DNA from: Gekko japonicus
Taxonomy: Eukaryota
Direction: 5' to 3'
DNA length: 64,000 nt
NCBI RefSeq assembly: GCF_001447785.1
Contig: NW_015174861.1
Coordinates: forward strand, 424,136 to 488,135
Shown in pieces: positions 51,323 through 64,000 of the stretch. The notes under the pieces were generated by a model. The model had not been told where the DNA came from and made no database searches. It saw only the letters and a list, made by a program, of their open reading frames with translations. The translations under genes and the position numbers were made by a program. Within the stretch, counting starts at the first letter, position 1, and each line of letters starts with the position of its first letter.

Positions 51323-52109
51323 ATTGCCAGACAGAAGCCTAAAACAGAGCACTGCGAGAAGACTGAAGAATGTACCTGATGCACATAAGTATGCAGTTTG
51401 ATAAGCATGAGGAGAGTACAATGTGAAGTGTGTTAAAGGTAAAGCAGTTGTTAAAGCAGTTGATGCAGCGCTGGAGTTAAATGTTCCGTGTGCTTCCACA
51501 TTTTGTACTAATTTAAATTTCTGAAACATCTTCAGTGGCAGCCACATAAAGAGTGTGTTACAGTAGTCTAATCTGGAGGATATGGTGGTTTGAATTGCAT
51601 ATCTGCATCTGTCTCATTGCGTTCGCTGGGACTCATTTTCAGGTATGCAATTTAACAATTCAATCCTATGCATGTTTACTTTGAAACAAATCCCATTAAA
51701 TTAACATATTATAGGGCCTAAACTGTGATCCCGTGTTCTTGCTTCATAATAATCTGATGTTCCATGTGGCATTAGTTTTAAATCTGAGTGCTCAAAATAC
51801 CAGAACATTATTTTAACAAAACGTTTCAACTGCATATTCCTGTCAATTGTTTTAGTATATCTGGCATATATAAAAACCACTCGTTGATTAAATCAAGTAA
51901 CAGAATCGGAGTCAACTCTAAGACAATAAGAGTGAGGAAGCAAAGGAATGCTGAAGCTCATTGTTAGGGAAATAAGGATTCTGCTATACACATTAAATAT
52001 TAACTTTTTCAAGTGGAGGGAAATAATTTTTTCATCCATGTTATTGGATTTAATGAAGGGAGCAAGTAGTATTTCGAGGAGATGCCTAGTACTGCTACCC
52101 CATGTTAGG

Positions 52110-52529
52110 TGTTGAAATCATCCCTGGAAAATGATACAGAAAATGCGACCTCAAACCAGCTCCACCTAGTACCACATTGTTAAGTCGCTCGCTTAACAAA
52201 GCAGTCGGAGAGTGATTCAGCAAGAACACAACTTTATTCTTCAACTCAAACACAACTCCAACACGGATCAACATCTGATAGCCAGAACAGCCTTTACATT
52301 GCAGCTGTCCTGCTTTTAAACATTCCCGGCTAATATAGCTACACCCACTGTACAAATACCAACCAATAAGGTTGTTCACATAAGGACCAATAACGGATGT
52401 TCCCGCTCAGGGAGCTTGCTTGAAAGTGATTGGTTACGTGCTTCCTGGGCTAGTAACAGGATTGCATGGATTTGGATCCTAGCCCAGGACGAAGCTTTAC
52501 ATTACACTTCAATTAGATATTTCACAACA
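52110..52529 (-). mobile_element. Probable solo LTR
   Basis: TGTTG...CAACA ends with imperfect inverted termini, minus-strand AATAAA at about 52233, CCAAT boxes; no clear TSD. Confidence 0.45.
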
Positions 52530-52589
52530 TATCATGCATTCAAGGCAGCTTTGAATACACTACACACATTATTCAAGTTTGCCTGGCCT

Positions 52590-52805
52590 TGAGAGCCAGT
52601 GTGGTTAAAGTGTCAGACTAGGATCTGGGAGACCCAAATTTGAATCCCCACTTTGCCATGGAAATTTGCTAGGTGCGCTTGGCCAGCCACACTCTCAGCA
52701 TAACATAGCTCACAGGGGTGTTATGAGGATAAAATGGAGGAGTTGAGAACAATGTATGAACCACTTTGAGTTCCTATTAAGGAGAAGAGAGGTGTAAATA
52801 AATTA
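52590..52805 (+). mobile_element. tRNA-derived SINE (Squam3-like)
   Basis: gagagccagtgtggttaaagtgtcagactaggatctgggagaccca...gaatcccca head, ctcacaggg...gaggataaaatggag core, AT-rich tail. Confidence 0.75.
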
Positions 52806-52859
52806 ATACATAAATTCTACTCAGATACAAAGAAGAGGTCTTGAGAGCTGGGCCTAAAG

Positions 52860-53560
52860 CAACTTTTCTCTCCCCGCCCCCAATACAGTCTGAATCAAAG
52901 CTTCCACGCCGTGTTGTATTGGTACGGCATGGCTTTTTCAAAAACTCTTGTTCTTCGACTGAATGTACTAGGAAGATAAGTCCTAAAGCTGAACTATTGC
53001 GAGAGGGAACCATCCCGATTTAGAGAGAAAGAGAAGAAAACAAAAGAGGAACCCGTCCTCCCCCGCCCTTTTTGGCTAGCCAGATACCCGGATGTTGTTG
53101 GCTTCCGGGTGTGAGGCTGCTGCCAATAGTAGGTCAGCCTGCTGTCGCGGCCTGGTGTCGCGGCAGTACACTGTCGGTGAGGGGGAATGGAGCTCGAAAC
53201 CGAGGCGCTCTTGCAAGAGGCTCGCGAGAGCGTCGAGGCGGCGCGGACCTACCGCCGGGAGCTGCAGCAGCGCCTGAAGGGGCTGCACCTGGCACGCCAA
53301 CAGGTAGGGGGTGTGGGCGTGGCTGTCCCGGGATCCATGCGGTGGAGGCAGCAGCGAGGATGTGGGATCCCGTCCGTGCGCTTTCCCGGCCCTTTTCGCA
53401 TCAGACCCCTTCAGGCGAGGCGAGGCTTTCGGTCGCAATCCTGTGCGCGCTTACCCGAGAGTAAGCCCCACTTGATAGAACGGGGGCTTACTTCTGAGTA
53501 AACTGGCATAGGATTACGCTGTCGGTCTCTCTCGCCTTCCGGACTCGGACGTGTTGCTTG
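52860..53560 (+). promoter_or_regulatory. CRLF3 CpG-island promoter
   Basis: GC boxes ccccgccc (~52872, ~53060) and ETS motif gcttccggg (53101) in CpG-dense sequence. Confidence 0.75.
53187..53303 (+). CDS. CRLF3: Cytokine receptor-like factor 3, exon 1
   Basis: MELETEALLQEARESVEAARTYRRELQQRLKGLHLARQQ|gtaggg. Confidence 0.93.
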
Positions 53561-56500
53561 CGGCACTTTCAGCCTCTTTGGGCTCATCCTCTTCTCCCTC
53601 CAACGTTATTTGCAAGCGGCTATTTTACTCGTGACAGTCGGGTTTTGAAACACTTGCCCCGGTTATCTTCCCGGGAGGGCTTCTGCGTCTTTAGCAGCGG
53701 CTGTGCAAACAGAAATTCCACAGGGGAAACTTTTCCCGGTGTCGTTTCTTTCAGTCTCCTGGTATGCCTGAGTTACACATCCCAGAGAATTAGGTAGAAT
53801 GAAATATGGCTCTTTGGACTGTGGGAGATGTGGTCCAGCTTTTAATTTTCCTTCGTGTAAACGAGAAAGTCTATCTACTTGTGTTGCTGTACTGTTTTTC
53901 TATTTGTAGAGAGCTTTTTAGATAGGAGAAAGTTGGAAAATCCTCCACGATTCTTTCTCCACCTGCAGCCTGAAGTGGGGCAGGCCATTGTTTCACCTCA
54001 GTTTTCTGCCACCTCAAGCCCACCTCATTTTCCTGAGTGTGTAAAAAAGGCCTAATATGCTGCCTCACATGTGGCACTGCCAAGTTCAAGGGAGTGCTAA
54101 GTAATTTCCAAGACAGTAGGGCTGCAAAGCTATATGTACTTATCTGGGATTAAGCCCTAATGGATAGAAAAGGGTTTACTTCTAAGTAAATATTCACAGC
54201 TCACGCTGTGGGTTGACTATTTTGTATTGGGTTTTGTTGTGGTAGTCGATTCCCATCAATTCAATCCATAGGAAGACAGAAGATGGTTAACTGATAGATA
54301 TCAAAAGGTGTAGAAAGAATAATTCTATGGTGTTTATGAAGGCTGATGTCCTTTATGTTCTGGCCAGGACTGGGCTATGGAGATTTTTTGGGATCCCTTG
54401 CCTTGTTGCTAATTTCCAGAAGGGATACATAGTGAGCTATATCACTGACTAGGACATTGTGAAGAAGAATAAGCACTGTGTCAATTTAAATGTGTGTTTG
54501 GAATCCATACTGCGTCAAGGGAGTGGCATGGAGCTGATCTGTATTGCCTTAAAAACACTCATATGCAAAGTTGTTTGTTTCCATCCTTGTATAAAAGTGG
54601 GATTTATTTGGCTGTGATGAGAAGTCCAAGCCCAGAATACAGTTAGCACAAATGGAGGTGGCTTTCTTTAGATACAGAAGTTTCAAAGGTTTTGAAATAA
54701 CTGCTAGCTCCTGTACTCCTTCAGGTTTTAGATTTGTTCTCCTATCCCATTTTAGAAATTCAAGGCAGGCTGCTCCTTTCCAAAAGCAGACTATTAAAAT
54801 TCATTTCAGAGTTATTATTTATAAATTATGTAAACTTATAAAAGCCGTTCTGGTGAGTGTGACCTTGCATTAGAATAATAATTAAATATGAAATAAGTGC
54901 ATGCAGAGCTGCTATTATAACCCTGTAGGTATTTATTCAGTTTCAGTGTATTTTCTCCCCAAGACAGTTGGTATATTTGCCTCTAGCAAATTCAATACAT
55001 AAACAATAAACTTAATTTAAAAACTTTGTTTCATTGTATCATCCTAAAACGTAATCTGGAGATCCTTTCTCCTGTTGTGCAATGAATTGCTTAGCAGAAT
55101 CTCCCACTGTTGTTTTGCAGGCATCTCTGAGAATTCTTTGTAGATACAAAAGCACGTGTGGCCAGAAGGGAAATCTGCAGAGCACATGCTTCTCTGAGTT
55201 ACGGCCAATGAGCTAGTTGGATTGCTTTAGCATGTACAGCTGACCTAGTATACTGACTGGGTGTTTAATTTATCCCAGTGTGTTATCAGGACCTGGACAC
55301 ATAAAAACATCTGTGTGATAAAGATTAAGGAAACAAAGGGCAAGAGAAAGTGTTGGGTCAGAAAGCTTTCTGCTATTCTTTCCCCCCAGTTATTTTGGCA
55401 ATGCAGCGCTTAATGAGCTGGAGCTCATTCCCCAACTTAATGAATCAGATCTCTCTTGGAAGCAGATAATACTAGAGATAGTGAAGCCGTACCATATGTC
55501 TTTCCAGTTATATACAAAAAATTGGTTAGATCTGGCAAGATTGAATACATCTGGGATTGTATCACTGAGGGGAAAACATGGATATGCTGAGTTACTGATG
55601 TAACTGTTGACTCTGTGGAACGTGGATGGCCCATGGTTTAGTTGGTATCTTTTGCCATCTCTGTTGAGTAAATGGTGATGAAAAAGTCTGGTTTCAGGGA
55701 TACATAAGGATGATGGATGAGTTACAGCAGGACTAAATTTTGAATTTTATTGTCACGTCTGGTTGTAGTTTCTACATTGGAAGAAATGTGCTATGTATTT
55801 ACTTATTCTAGGGGAGAATGAAGGAATATACGATGAAAGTTTGAAATCTGCCTGTGTTTTTTAGGAGGCAGGTATGCAGTCCTATGCCTTCAGTTAGTAT
55901 GCACAATGGGCCAAGAAGATTCATTTCATCCATCTAATTGAATTTCCCAGCCCCACCTTTATTGCAGAACTTCTAACTACAGCAGTTTGCTGCTGAGCCA
56001 TCTTGGATTCTTGGCACCTGGTCTTACCAGCTGTTTTGCTAGTGCCAGATAAATGTTAGCTGGAAATATCTAGTTCGTATTTGGCTTTGTATTTGCGCAT
56101 CTAATCCAGACAATTGTAGGTACATTAGTATCGTTATTTTCATTTGGAGGCTTTCATGAATAGCCATATGGTGATTCTGAGATCAAAAGTAGATGTGAAT
56201 TTTGAGAACACAGAGAGCTAATGTAGTGCGGTAGACAGAGCGCTGGATTTGACTTAGGGAAATAGGGATTCCTTGTCAACTATAATGATATTTGGGCAAC
56301 CTTGAGCTAACCTCTCTTTAACAATCTGATTTACCTTACCACATTGTTTCCCCAGTGTTAGATACTTTAGGAATCCTGGGGCTGCAGAGCTAGCAGTGAA
56401 AGTATAGATATTGAAAGGATCTGATGTCATATACTTGAGCCTTGCCTCACTCAGATTACATTATTGTGGGTCCTTATTGGTTATGAGCTCCCTAGACCCT

Positions 56501-58227
56501 GGGCTTCAGAACATTTCTCAAAACCAGGAATTTTGCTGACAAATCCAACTGCCACATAACTGTGTTTAAATGTTGATTTTGTTAATGAATAAATTTGCAA
56601 GCATACCTAGCCAGACCTTGCAAATAAGTTCACAGATGTTACTGGTCCACTATTTGTTATTAGCTCGTGTGTCTGTCATACTACTGTTCATATTTATAAC
56701 CTAAAAGAAAGACAATGGAATAATAATTTAGTAATTATTTTTTAAATAGTGATCTGGAGGATTGCTGTTGCTGATCAGGAAGTGGCTGTTTGCACCTAAT
56801 GCTGTGGCTGCCCACAAGGGTTGCATCTGCTCCAGTGTAAGCAATGCTATATAGCCTTCTGTGGTCTGTTTGGATTGTGGACTTCAGTATCCATGTCTTT
56901 TGCAGGATTAACAACAAACCATGGTTTATTATTCTAGCAATGCACCTGGTGGTTGCGTGTTCCCTTTCCCTTCTTCTCTCTCTTATTCTGTGTGGCTAGG
57001 AAATTAAACACTTCTACTTTTATAGGAAACCATTGTTCGTTGTTTTCTCCAGATCACAAACTGTGGTTTGTTTGTTCTCTACCTTAGAAACCAGTGTTTT
57101 GGGATCTTGATTTTGAGATCAGAAAACAACAAACTATGGTTTGCTGCAGAAGCATTTCATTTCTTACCTGTGAACAAGGTGATGAGCCCATGGATTCTCC
57201 GGATTGATTCCTGTAATGACAAACAACGCCTCGTTTTTTCATGCAGCTCATCCCAGTAAATTCATACTTGTGTATTGATGTTGTAATATTGCACCAGTGC
57301 AATGGACTTAATGTTGCTACTCTTGCATCCCACCCCGTGTGCCATACCCTCTTCACCCATATGTGATTTCCTTGTCCAAGTAATTGCAATGTGCAATGGT
57401 GCCTACAGTTTTGCTGTCTTGAGCTGCTGCAACGCCTCTCGCTCTTTTCTAAAACAAATATATACACTATAATGAGTAGTGGTGATGCAACCAAAACCCC
57501 TTGCATTTGATCCTGTGCTCTCTTTTGCCTTGTACAGCAGGCTATAGGTGCTGCCTGCAACAATACTAGAAGACTCAAAGATGGAGTTTCTCCCTTCCTG
57601 TCGACTCTGTTTCATGTATGCACCCAAACACTTCCTTTTTTTGTCTGATGTACTGAAATAACAAATGAAGAAAAGTCAAACTGCACAGGGACTACAAAGC
57701 CCTTTGAATGCAGCTTAAAAAGGAAGTTAGTTATTCATAACCCAAGAGCATCCTGTGTCAGTACTTGTGAAGATCAGAAGTTACATCTGGTTAACATCTC
57801 TGCAGTCTTTCTGTGTGAGAAGTTTGCCTCTGTCTTGTGGGGAATTTCTCACCAGCTGAGCCATTTTATTCTTTTCACCAAACTATATTCAGTTTTCAAG
57901 CTCTCTTCTTACAGTAGCTGTAAAACTAAACAGAATATTTAACTGCGATAGATTCTCTTTTGATAGCCTTATAAAACAAAATGTCGTGATTGTTGGCTTG
58001 CATTTGGAGATAAATTTCAACCTGTTACGGTGGAGAGAAAGTAACAAGTGAATTGGGTCAGTACCCTCTCTATCCAAAAGCAGGAGCTCCATAGTCTCCT
58101 GGAGGAAGTAGATAGGACAGCCAGATGTGCACACTTTTTCAGATACAAGGAAATGGAAATAGAAATAACAATTATATATAGAGAGGGTGGATAGTGAATT
58201 AGCATATGGAATAATGAAGGTGTTTTT

Positions 58228-60300
58228 TTGGCTCCCCGAAGGGGATTTTTTATTGCATTTTTCTATAAACTACAACGAAAAAAGGGAGGGGGAAATTACA
58301 ACTAAGGGAGAAAGGAAAGAAAACCACTAAAAACCCAAGTATACCACAGGAAGTGGTGGCTTCAAAAGGGAATTAGATATGCATATGGAGCAGAGGTCCA
58401 TCAGTGGCTATTAGCCACAAGGTATAGATAGGGACTCTGGGGCAAGTGATGCTCTGTCTTCTTGGTGCTTGGGGGGGGGGGTCAACAGTGGGAGGGCTTC
58501 TAATGTCCTGGCCCACTGGTGGACCTCCTGATGGCACTGGTATTTCTGGCCACTGTGTGATACAGAGTGTTGGACTGGATGGGCCTTTGGCCTGATCCAA
58601 CATTGGCATCTTGTACAACAACTTGTATCAGTGTTAGTCTAAAATGCTATAGTTACATTGAACATGGTCGTTTGGGCTATATTATTTGTCTATGACCAAT
58701 AATTTCACTGTTTAAAGAGACACAAGAGCACCATCAATTAATAAAAGCTTATAAGCCATAATTCAGAGTTCTTCAGCCTTCATTTTTAAAAATCTTTTCT
58801 AATCCTCAATTGATAATCGCGTTTGGGGGCAGCTGCCCCCTTCTCAGAAGCAGAGTCCTCATCGGAAGTAGCAATAGAAGAGACAGTTCCATCGCTAGGT
58901 TTACTGTCCTCATCTTCCTTGCCGTCCTCACCCGACTCTCCCAGTTGCAGTCTCAGAAACTCACACGCTTTAGAAACAGAATCAATTTTTTCTTTTTTGT
59001 CCTTAAGTTTGAAAAGGACGGCTTTGGGAATCATCCATCTATAAGGAATGCTGTTTGTTTGTAAGAACATAATCAAGTCTTTATATTTTTTCCTCTTCTT
59101 CCGTATTTCAAATGGGATGTCTTTTAGGATCTTGATGATATTGCCTCTAATTTTCAGGGGTACTCCTGATGTTGCTTTCAAAATTTGGTCCCTCACATGT
59201 CTCTTCGAGAATCTTACCACTGTCTCTCCAGGCAGATTATTCTTCTTAATGTATACGGAATAGGCTCTATAGACCACATCTATTTCACTTATAAGATATT
59301 CCGCTTTTAAATCTGCAATTGGAGCCAATGCATCACTCAGTATTTGTTTTAGATTCTTGTCTTTGGCCTCAGGGACTCCTTGAAACCAGAGAACAAGGTT
59401 GACTTTCTCCATTTGTATCTGCAAAAGCTGAGATTCATCTGAAACTTGCTTCTTTTCCAGCAACTGCACCCTTTTGTTCACCTTTTTAGATTTGGCATCC
59501 ATTTCATTCAACTTCTCAGCTGTTTGCTCCGACATTTTTGTAGTTTCATTCAATTGGAGTTGCTGAGCTGCAAAGTTCTGGTTTAATGCTGTCAACTGTT
59601 GATTGATATTTGTCATCTGGTCCAGTAGAGGGTGCAAAGAGTCCGCTAACAGCTTAGAAAACTCCGTGGCATCTTCTGCTCAAGGGCTCATACTTCCAGG
59701 TGGTTTAAGTTTCGCTTGCTTTTCTTTCTCCATTTTCCTCAGCGCCATGTTTGCTGGTTGTTTATTTTTAAAAGAGAACTTGCTGAAGTCTCTGCAATTC
59801 ACCCAAACGCTTATTGGCACTCTAGTGTATTCCTCAAAACAGATTTCAACGCTTTTACTTCAGCTCCCCCTTGAAAAATTGCTACTTCGTTCATGCGTAT
59901 GGGAGGGCCCCCTCCCCCGCTCACTAATCTTGTTGTTCCCGGGGGAGCTTTCTTTTATAATCCCAGTGTTTTTGCTTAACTCGACTCACTGTTCATTGTT
60001 GGTCTGAAGACCTCGCCAAAGGTATGTGAAAAATGCCCGATCTCCAAATGCTTGTCCCGGTTGGTGGCTCGAGTTCCATTACGGACGCACAATGGCTGGA
60101 CCGTCGGGGGGAAGAGCGCCTCAATTCCCCAGCATCACGCTGGCGAAGAGGCCACCCTTCAAAGCCCCATGGCTAGGAGCCTATCGCAAAGGCTCTGGGG
60201 GGGTGGCAAAGAATGCCCCCCCCAGCCGCTGGCGCGCGGATCACCTCCCCAGGAGCTACCAGGGACGCGTCCGCTAGTGGGTCGCCATAAACCGGAAGTC
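58228..60300 (-). mobile_element. ORF1-only L1-derived retroposon (half-L1/HAL1-like) with TSDs
   Basis: GC-rich 5' UTR starting gacttccgg; ORF1 59748-58786 (coiled coil, LWFQGVPE, ILKDIPFEIRKKRK, YRWMIP; one TGA at 59680-59682); short 3' region, AATAAA, A tail; TSD taatgaagg(tg/ca)ttttt at both ends. Confidence 0.85.
58344..58610 (+). mobile_element. CR1 3' fragment nested in the half-L1 3' region
   Basis: Near-identical to the CR1 3' UTR at about 6967-7250. Confidence 0.9.
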
Positions 60301-61514
60301 TAATGAAGGCATTTTTAACAGATTAAAAGAATCATAAGCTTAGTATATATGGCTATCATCTGTTTGGGTTCAACAGGAAAAACATAGCATAGGTAATAAA
60401 TATGTTAGAATTGGAGACTTGATATATGCTTAATTGTGGAATGGTGAGAGTCTTGTCCCTTCTGATGTTACTGACGTTCATAGTTTGGATTATTCTGATA
60501 TTTTCCCATAGTAATAGCAGTAATAGAAGATAGAGTGGGAAAATTTTCATTACTATTATTACGTATATATGTAATAGTGACTTGGGGCCGACATCTGAGA
60601 ATATCTAAATCTGCAGATTGGGGCCACACAGACACAAAACAGATTTTCCTGCAAACAGATTGTCCTTCACAGACAGCATACTTACCGTGATTCAGGAGAG
60701 CTGGCTCAGAGCGGCTCCCAGATGGATGTCAAAAACGTTTTTAGAATTAATGCCAGATCTCACTTTTTTCCCCCCTGTAGTTGACTTAATTTTTTTGTGT
60801 TACAAATATGTTGAATTGTGTTTCAGTTAAAAAAAATACTCAAATTTCTTTTAAAAACAAACAGATCTGAGAGGGTTGTGTCTGCCTGCAGTGTTAGCAT
60901 TTAAGCCAACCCTGAACTGTTGTGGACTGAAAAGAATTACTTCTGCAGGGCCATTCTAATTCTGCACATGGTTGAGTTTCCTGCATTTTCTGCAGAAATT
61001 TTTGGTGTTTGAATTATGAGCTAGCTCCTCAGACTCAAGAAAACAGTCTGGGTTTAATTTTAGCTTTCTATACCAAAGTATATTTGAACAGATAGGTTAT
61101 TCTAATTCTGTTCTATTGTGCTAAATGGTTTTGAGAGCATTCCAAAAACACGCCACATTACTAATAAAAAATATTCTTGTTGTTAACTTCTGCTGACTGT
61201 ATGGATAAAATGTGCAGGTAGGACTGCATTTACATCAGATTACATCTGATGGATTTCAGAGGGAGTTACTTATAGGCAAGGTTATAAAAGTGCATACTGG
61301 TGAAAGCAATCTTTTGCACCAAGATACCTCCCCATTGACCTGTGAAAATGTTGGTGCATTGGCAAACAAAATAGGGAATGTTGGAGATGAAGGTCGTAGT
61401 TGGCTAGATGCGCTGGGAGTAAGCAGAGCTCCAGTAGTGCAGCCAGAACCTTGAGGGCTTGTCTTGGGTAGAGAATGAGCAGTACATGTTGAACAAAATC
61501 GAACAGGATAATAT

Positions 61515-61960
61515 GACAATTTCTATTTACAGCATTTATATCCTGCTTTTCTGCCCTTGCGAGGGCCACCCAAGGTGGCTAAAAATTTAAAACATGCAAG
61601 ATAAAATTACATTTTAAAACCATTAAAATTACCACCACCCCCGACAAACCTCCTTAAAACAATTAAAAACAGAGTTAAAATACCCACAAAACATAAAAAC
61701 GTCAAAACATTGGTTAGGAGGAAGGAATCACCGAGGCAATGCCAAACAAAACTTGCTGGCAGAAGATGGCAACAGAAGGGGACAGACAGATTTCCCTAGG
61801 GAGAGAGTTCCAGAGCTTTGGTGCCACGAGTGAGAAGGTACTCTCCTTGGATGCCACCCGCCTAATCTTAGAAAGCAGGAGCACCTGAAGCAGGGCCTCC
61901 AAAGAGGACTGTAGAGTTCAGGTGGATTTGTAAGGGATTAGGCAGTTCTTCAATGTGTTG
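61515..61960 (-). mobile_element. L2 LINE 3' fragment
   Basis: STFSLVAPKLWNSLPREICLSPS plus an AT-rich 3' UTR. Confidence 0.75.
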
Positions 61961-62458
61961 GTCCCAAAACATATATATGGCATCATCATGCCAGGAGTTG
62001 CCTACTCATGGTGCAACCTATAAAAGTGATAGGACAGTTGCAGATTTCTTTTCTTACAAGAACCTCTCAGTGAATCCTATGCAAAATATACTGGTTTTAG
62101 TTACTTGGTATTGGTTTACATCTCTTGGAGTGCCATCCTACGAAAAGTTATTCCAGTCTAAGCCCGTTGATTTGGACTCGAGTAACTCTGCTTAGGATTG
62201 CACTGTTAAGAGCCTAGATTTTGAACAGTTTTGTCAGAGAGCAAAATGGGGAAGCTGGTGATGTTCTCTATCCCTTCTGTGTTGTGTTCTTTTCGAACAT
62301 GCTTCACATTGACATTGACATTTGTTCATTGTTCCAGGATAGCTGGTGAGTGTTGATACCCCTCGCTACCCACAAATGCAAGGCATCTGGACTCAGGATG
62401 GTGAAAGCCCCTCCCAAGGCCTAACATCTGTATTGCCTTTTCCTTTGTCTCCCTTCAG

Positions 62459-62666
62459 ATCAAAGAGAGTGCAGCTCTGACGAGGGATGTACTTGGGCAG
62501 CATTTTAATGATTTAAAAGGGACCCTGAGGAAGCTGCTGGATGAGAGGCTGGTGTCCTTGCTGCAGGAAGTGGACACCATTGAACAGGACAGCATCAAGC
62601 CCTTGGAAGAGTGCCAGAAGCTGATAGAACATGGAGTCAGTACAGCTGATGAACTTGTCCGGGAAG
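62459..62666 (+). CDS. CRLF3: Cytokine receptor-like factor 3, exon 2 (gene continues beyond the window)
   Basis: cccttcag|IKESAALTRDVLGQHFNDLKGTL...LLQEVDTIEQDSIKPLEECQKLIEHGV...|gtagga. Confidence 0.95.
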
Positions 62667-63476
62667 GTAGGAGTCTATCTGTTAAAAATGTGCATTTTTT
62701 AAAAAAAGGTGTAGAAGTCTACCTTTCTTTACCAATATGTGATTATTCATTCACAATGCACGAAACATACGAGTAGGCTCAAGGCTTAAGGGATGTTTTA
62801 GTCTTGAAACGAAGATTAGCACATATCTGCGGAATGGTTTTGTCTGTGTGGTTTAGAGTAAAAACACAAGGAGATAAAGAGCTCTCATGAACAGAGCTAG
62901 GTCAGTGGTGGGATGACTAGTCCACGGATGCCAGCTTTCCAGGGTCCGTGGGCCAAATTACACATCTATTGGGGGGTGGGGGTGGCTGCCATTCTTCCAC
63001 ACCTCCTCCATCCCAGTAATGCTCAGTTTAAAAGGATGCAAGATGTGATGTCCTCCTGCCCCCCCCCCCCATCAATCAGTGAAACAGAGCCTAGGTAGGG
63101 AAACACTGTCACACCACACCATATTTACTTAACCGCTACTGTGTAGTTGTTGGCCAAGTATCTCCACTCTCAGTGAGAGCGCTTTCTGATACTGTGTGGA
63201 GATCCTTTAATTGGAAATGCTTGGACCTGCTGCCTTAGACATGTTCAGCATCTGCTCTTCCACTTCTATGTACTGTTCAATGATACACAAGACAAAATCA
63301 CCACCGTCTTTATCCTGTCCTGCATGGAATTGATTAACCTTTATATGGTTTTGTACTGGCTCTTTGAATTTGGATGCTTGTTTAATTCCATTGGGTTGGA
63401 TGCAGCAAACTGTGACACTCACAGGATGGAACCTGTCCCCCACCTCCCCACTATTTGTTGCAGAAGATTAGGGAAC

Positions 63477-63830
63477 TCATAAGAACATAAGAAGAGCTCT
63501 GCTGGATCAGACAATGGTCTGTCTAGTTCAGCATCCTGTCTCACACGGTGGCCACTTGGTTTCTCTGGAGGGCCAGCAACAGGTCATAGAGGTGAAGGCC
63601 TTCCCCTGATGTTGCCTCTTGGTCCTGGGATGCAGAAGTTTACCACCTCTGAATGTGGAGGTTCCTGTTAGTCACCATGGCCAGTAGCCACTGATAGACC
63701 TATCCTCCATGAATCTAATCCCCTTTTAAAGCTGTCTATGCCTGTAGCCATCACTACATCCTCTGAAAGCAAATTCCACATTTTAGTCACTGACTGAGTA
63801 AAGAAGTATCTTCCTTTGGCCATCCTGAAT
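63477..63830 (-). mobile_element. CR1 3' end
   Basis: cataagaacataagaa terminal repeat and CR1 3' UTR. Confidence 0.85.
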
Positions 63831-63834
63831 CTAT

Positions 63835-64000
63835 TGCTTGGTGACCTTGGGCCAGTCTAACCTACTTCACAGGGCTATTGTGAGGATAAAATGTAGGAGA
63901 GGAGAATGATGTAAACTGCTTTGAGTCCCAATTGGGGGAAAAGCAGAGTATAAATGAAGTGAATAAGCAAAGTATAAATGAAGTAAGTAAAGCAAATAAG
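63835..64000 (+). mobile_element. SINE 3' half (Squam3-like) with tail repeats
   Basis: gtgaccttgggccagtc...cacaggg...gtgaggataaaatg; repeated gtataaatgaagt. Confidence 0.7.

Noticed and set aside
61212-61454. 80-codon ORF and small hairpin catcagattacatctgatg in CRLF3 intron 1
   Set aside because: No recognisable homology, and CRLF3 exons 1 and 2 join in phase without it.
1-64000. tRNA, rRNA, CRISPR arrays or prokaryotic systems
   Set aside because: None seen. tRNA-like and 5S-like stretches (for example near 28870-28950 and 50670-50760) are SINE-derived, and the DNA is intron-containing vertebrate sequence.

Overview
This is eukaryotic vertebrate genomic DNA. The repeat landscape (BovB/RTE, CR1, L2, L1, DIRS, Penelope, tRNA- and 5S-derived SINEs, hAT MITEs) points to a squamate reptile, probably a gecko (inference). 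It contains the conserved TEFM-ATAD5-CRLF3 block. TEFM (+, 4 coding exons, 361 aa) and ATAD5 (-, 23 coding exons, 1751 aa) are complete, and every junction I reconstructed is GT-AG and in phase. The first two exons of CRLF3 (+) lie divergent from ATAD5. Left of TEFM, where mammals have ADAP2/RNF135, is the first exon of a TRIM-type RING gene (-) with a broken B-box, an ISRE next to its ATG and a ~75-bp inverted repeat upstream; a CpG island starts at the window edge. The most notable accessory elements are an ORF1-only 'half-L1'-like retroposon with TSDs in CRLF3 intron 1, several Penelope-derived minimal hammerhead-ribozyme motifs, and a young sense-oriented L1 carrying a poly(A) signal in ATAD5 intron 14. 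There are two assembly gaps. All family assignments come from reading motifs by eye; no database search was run.
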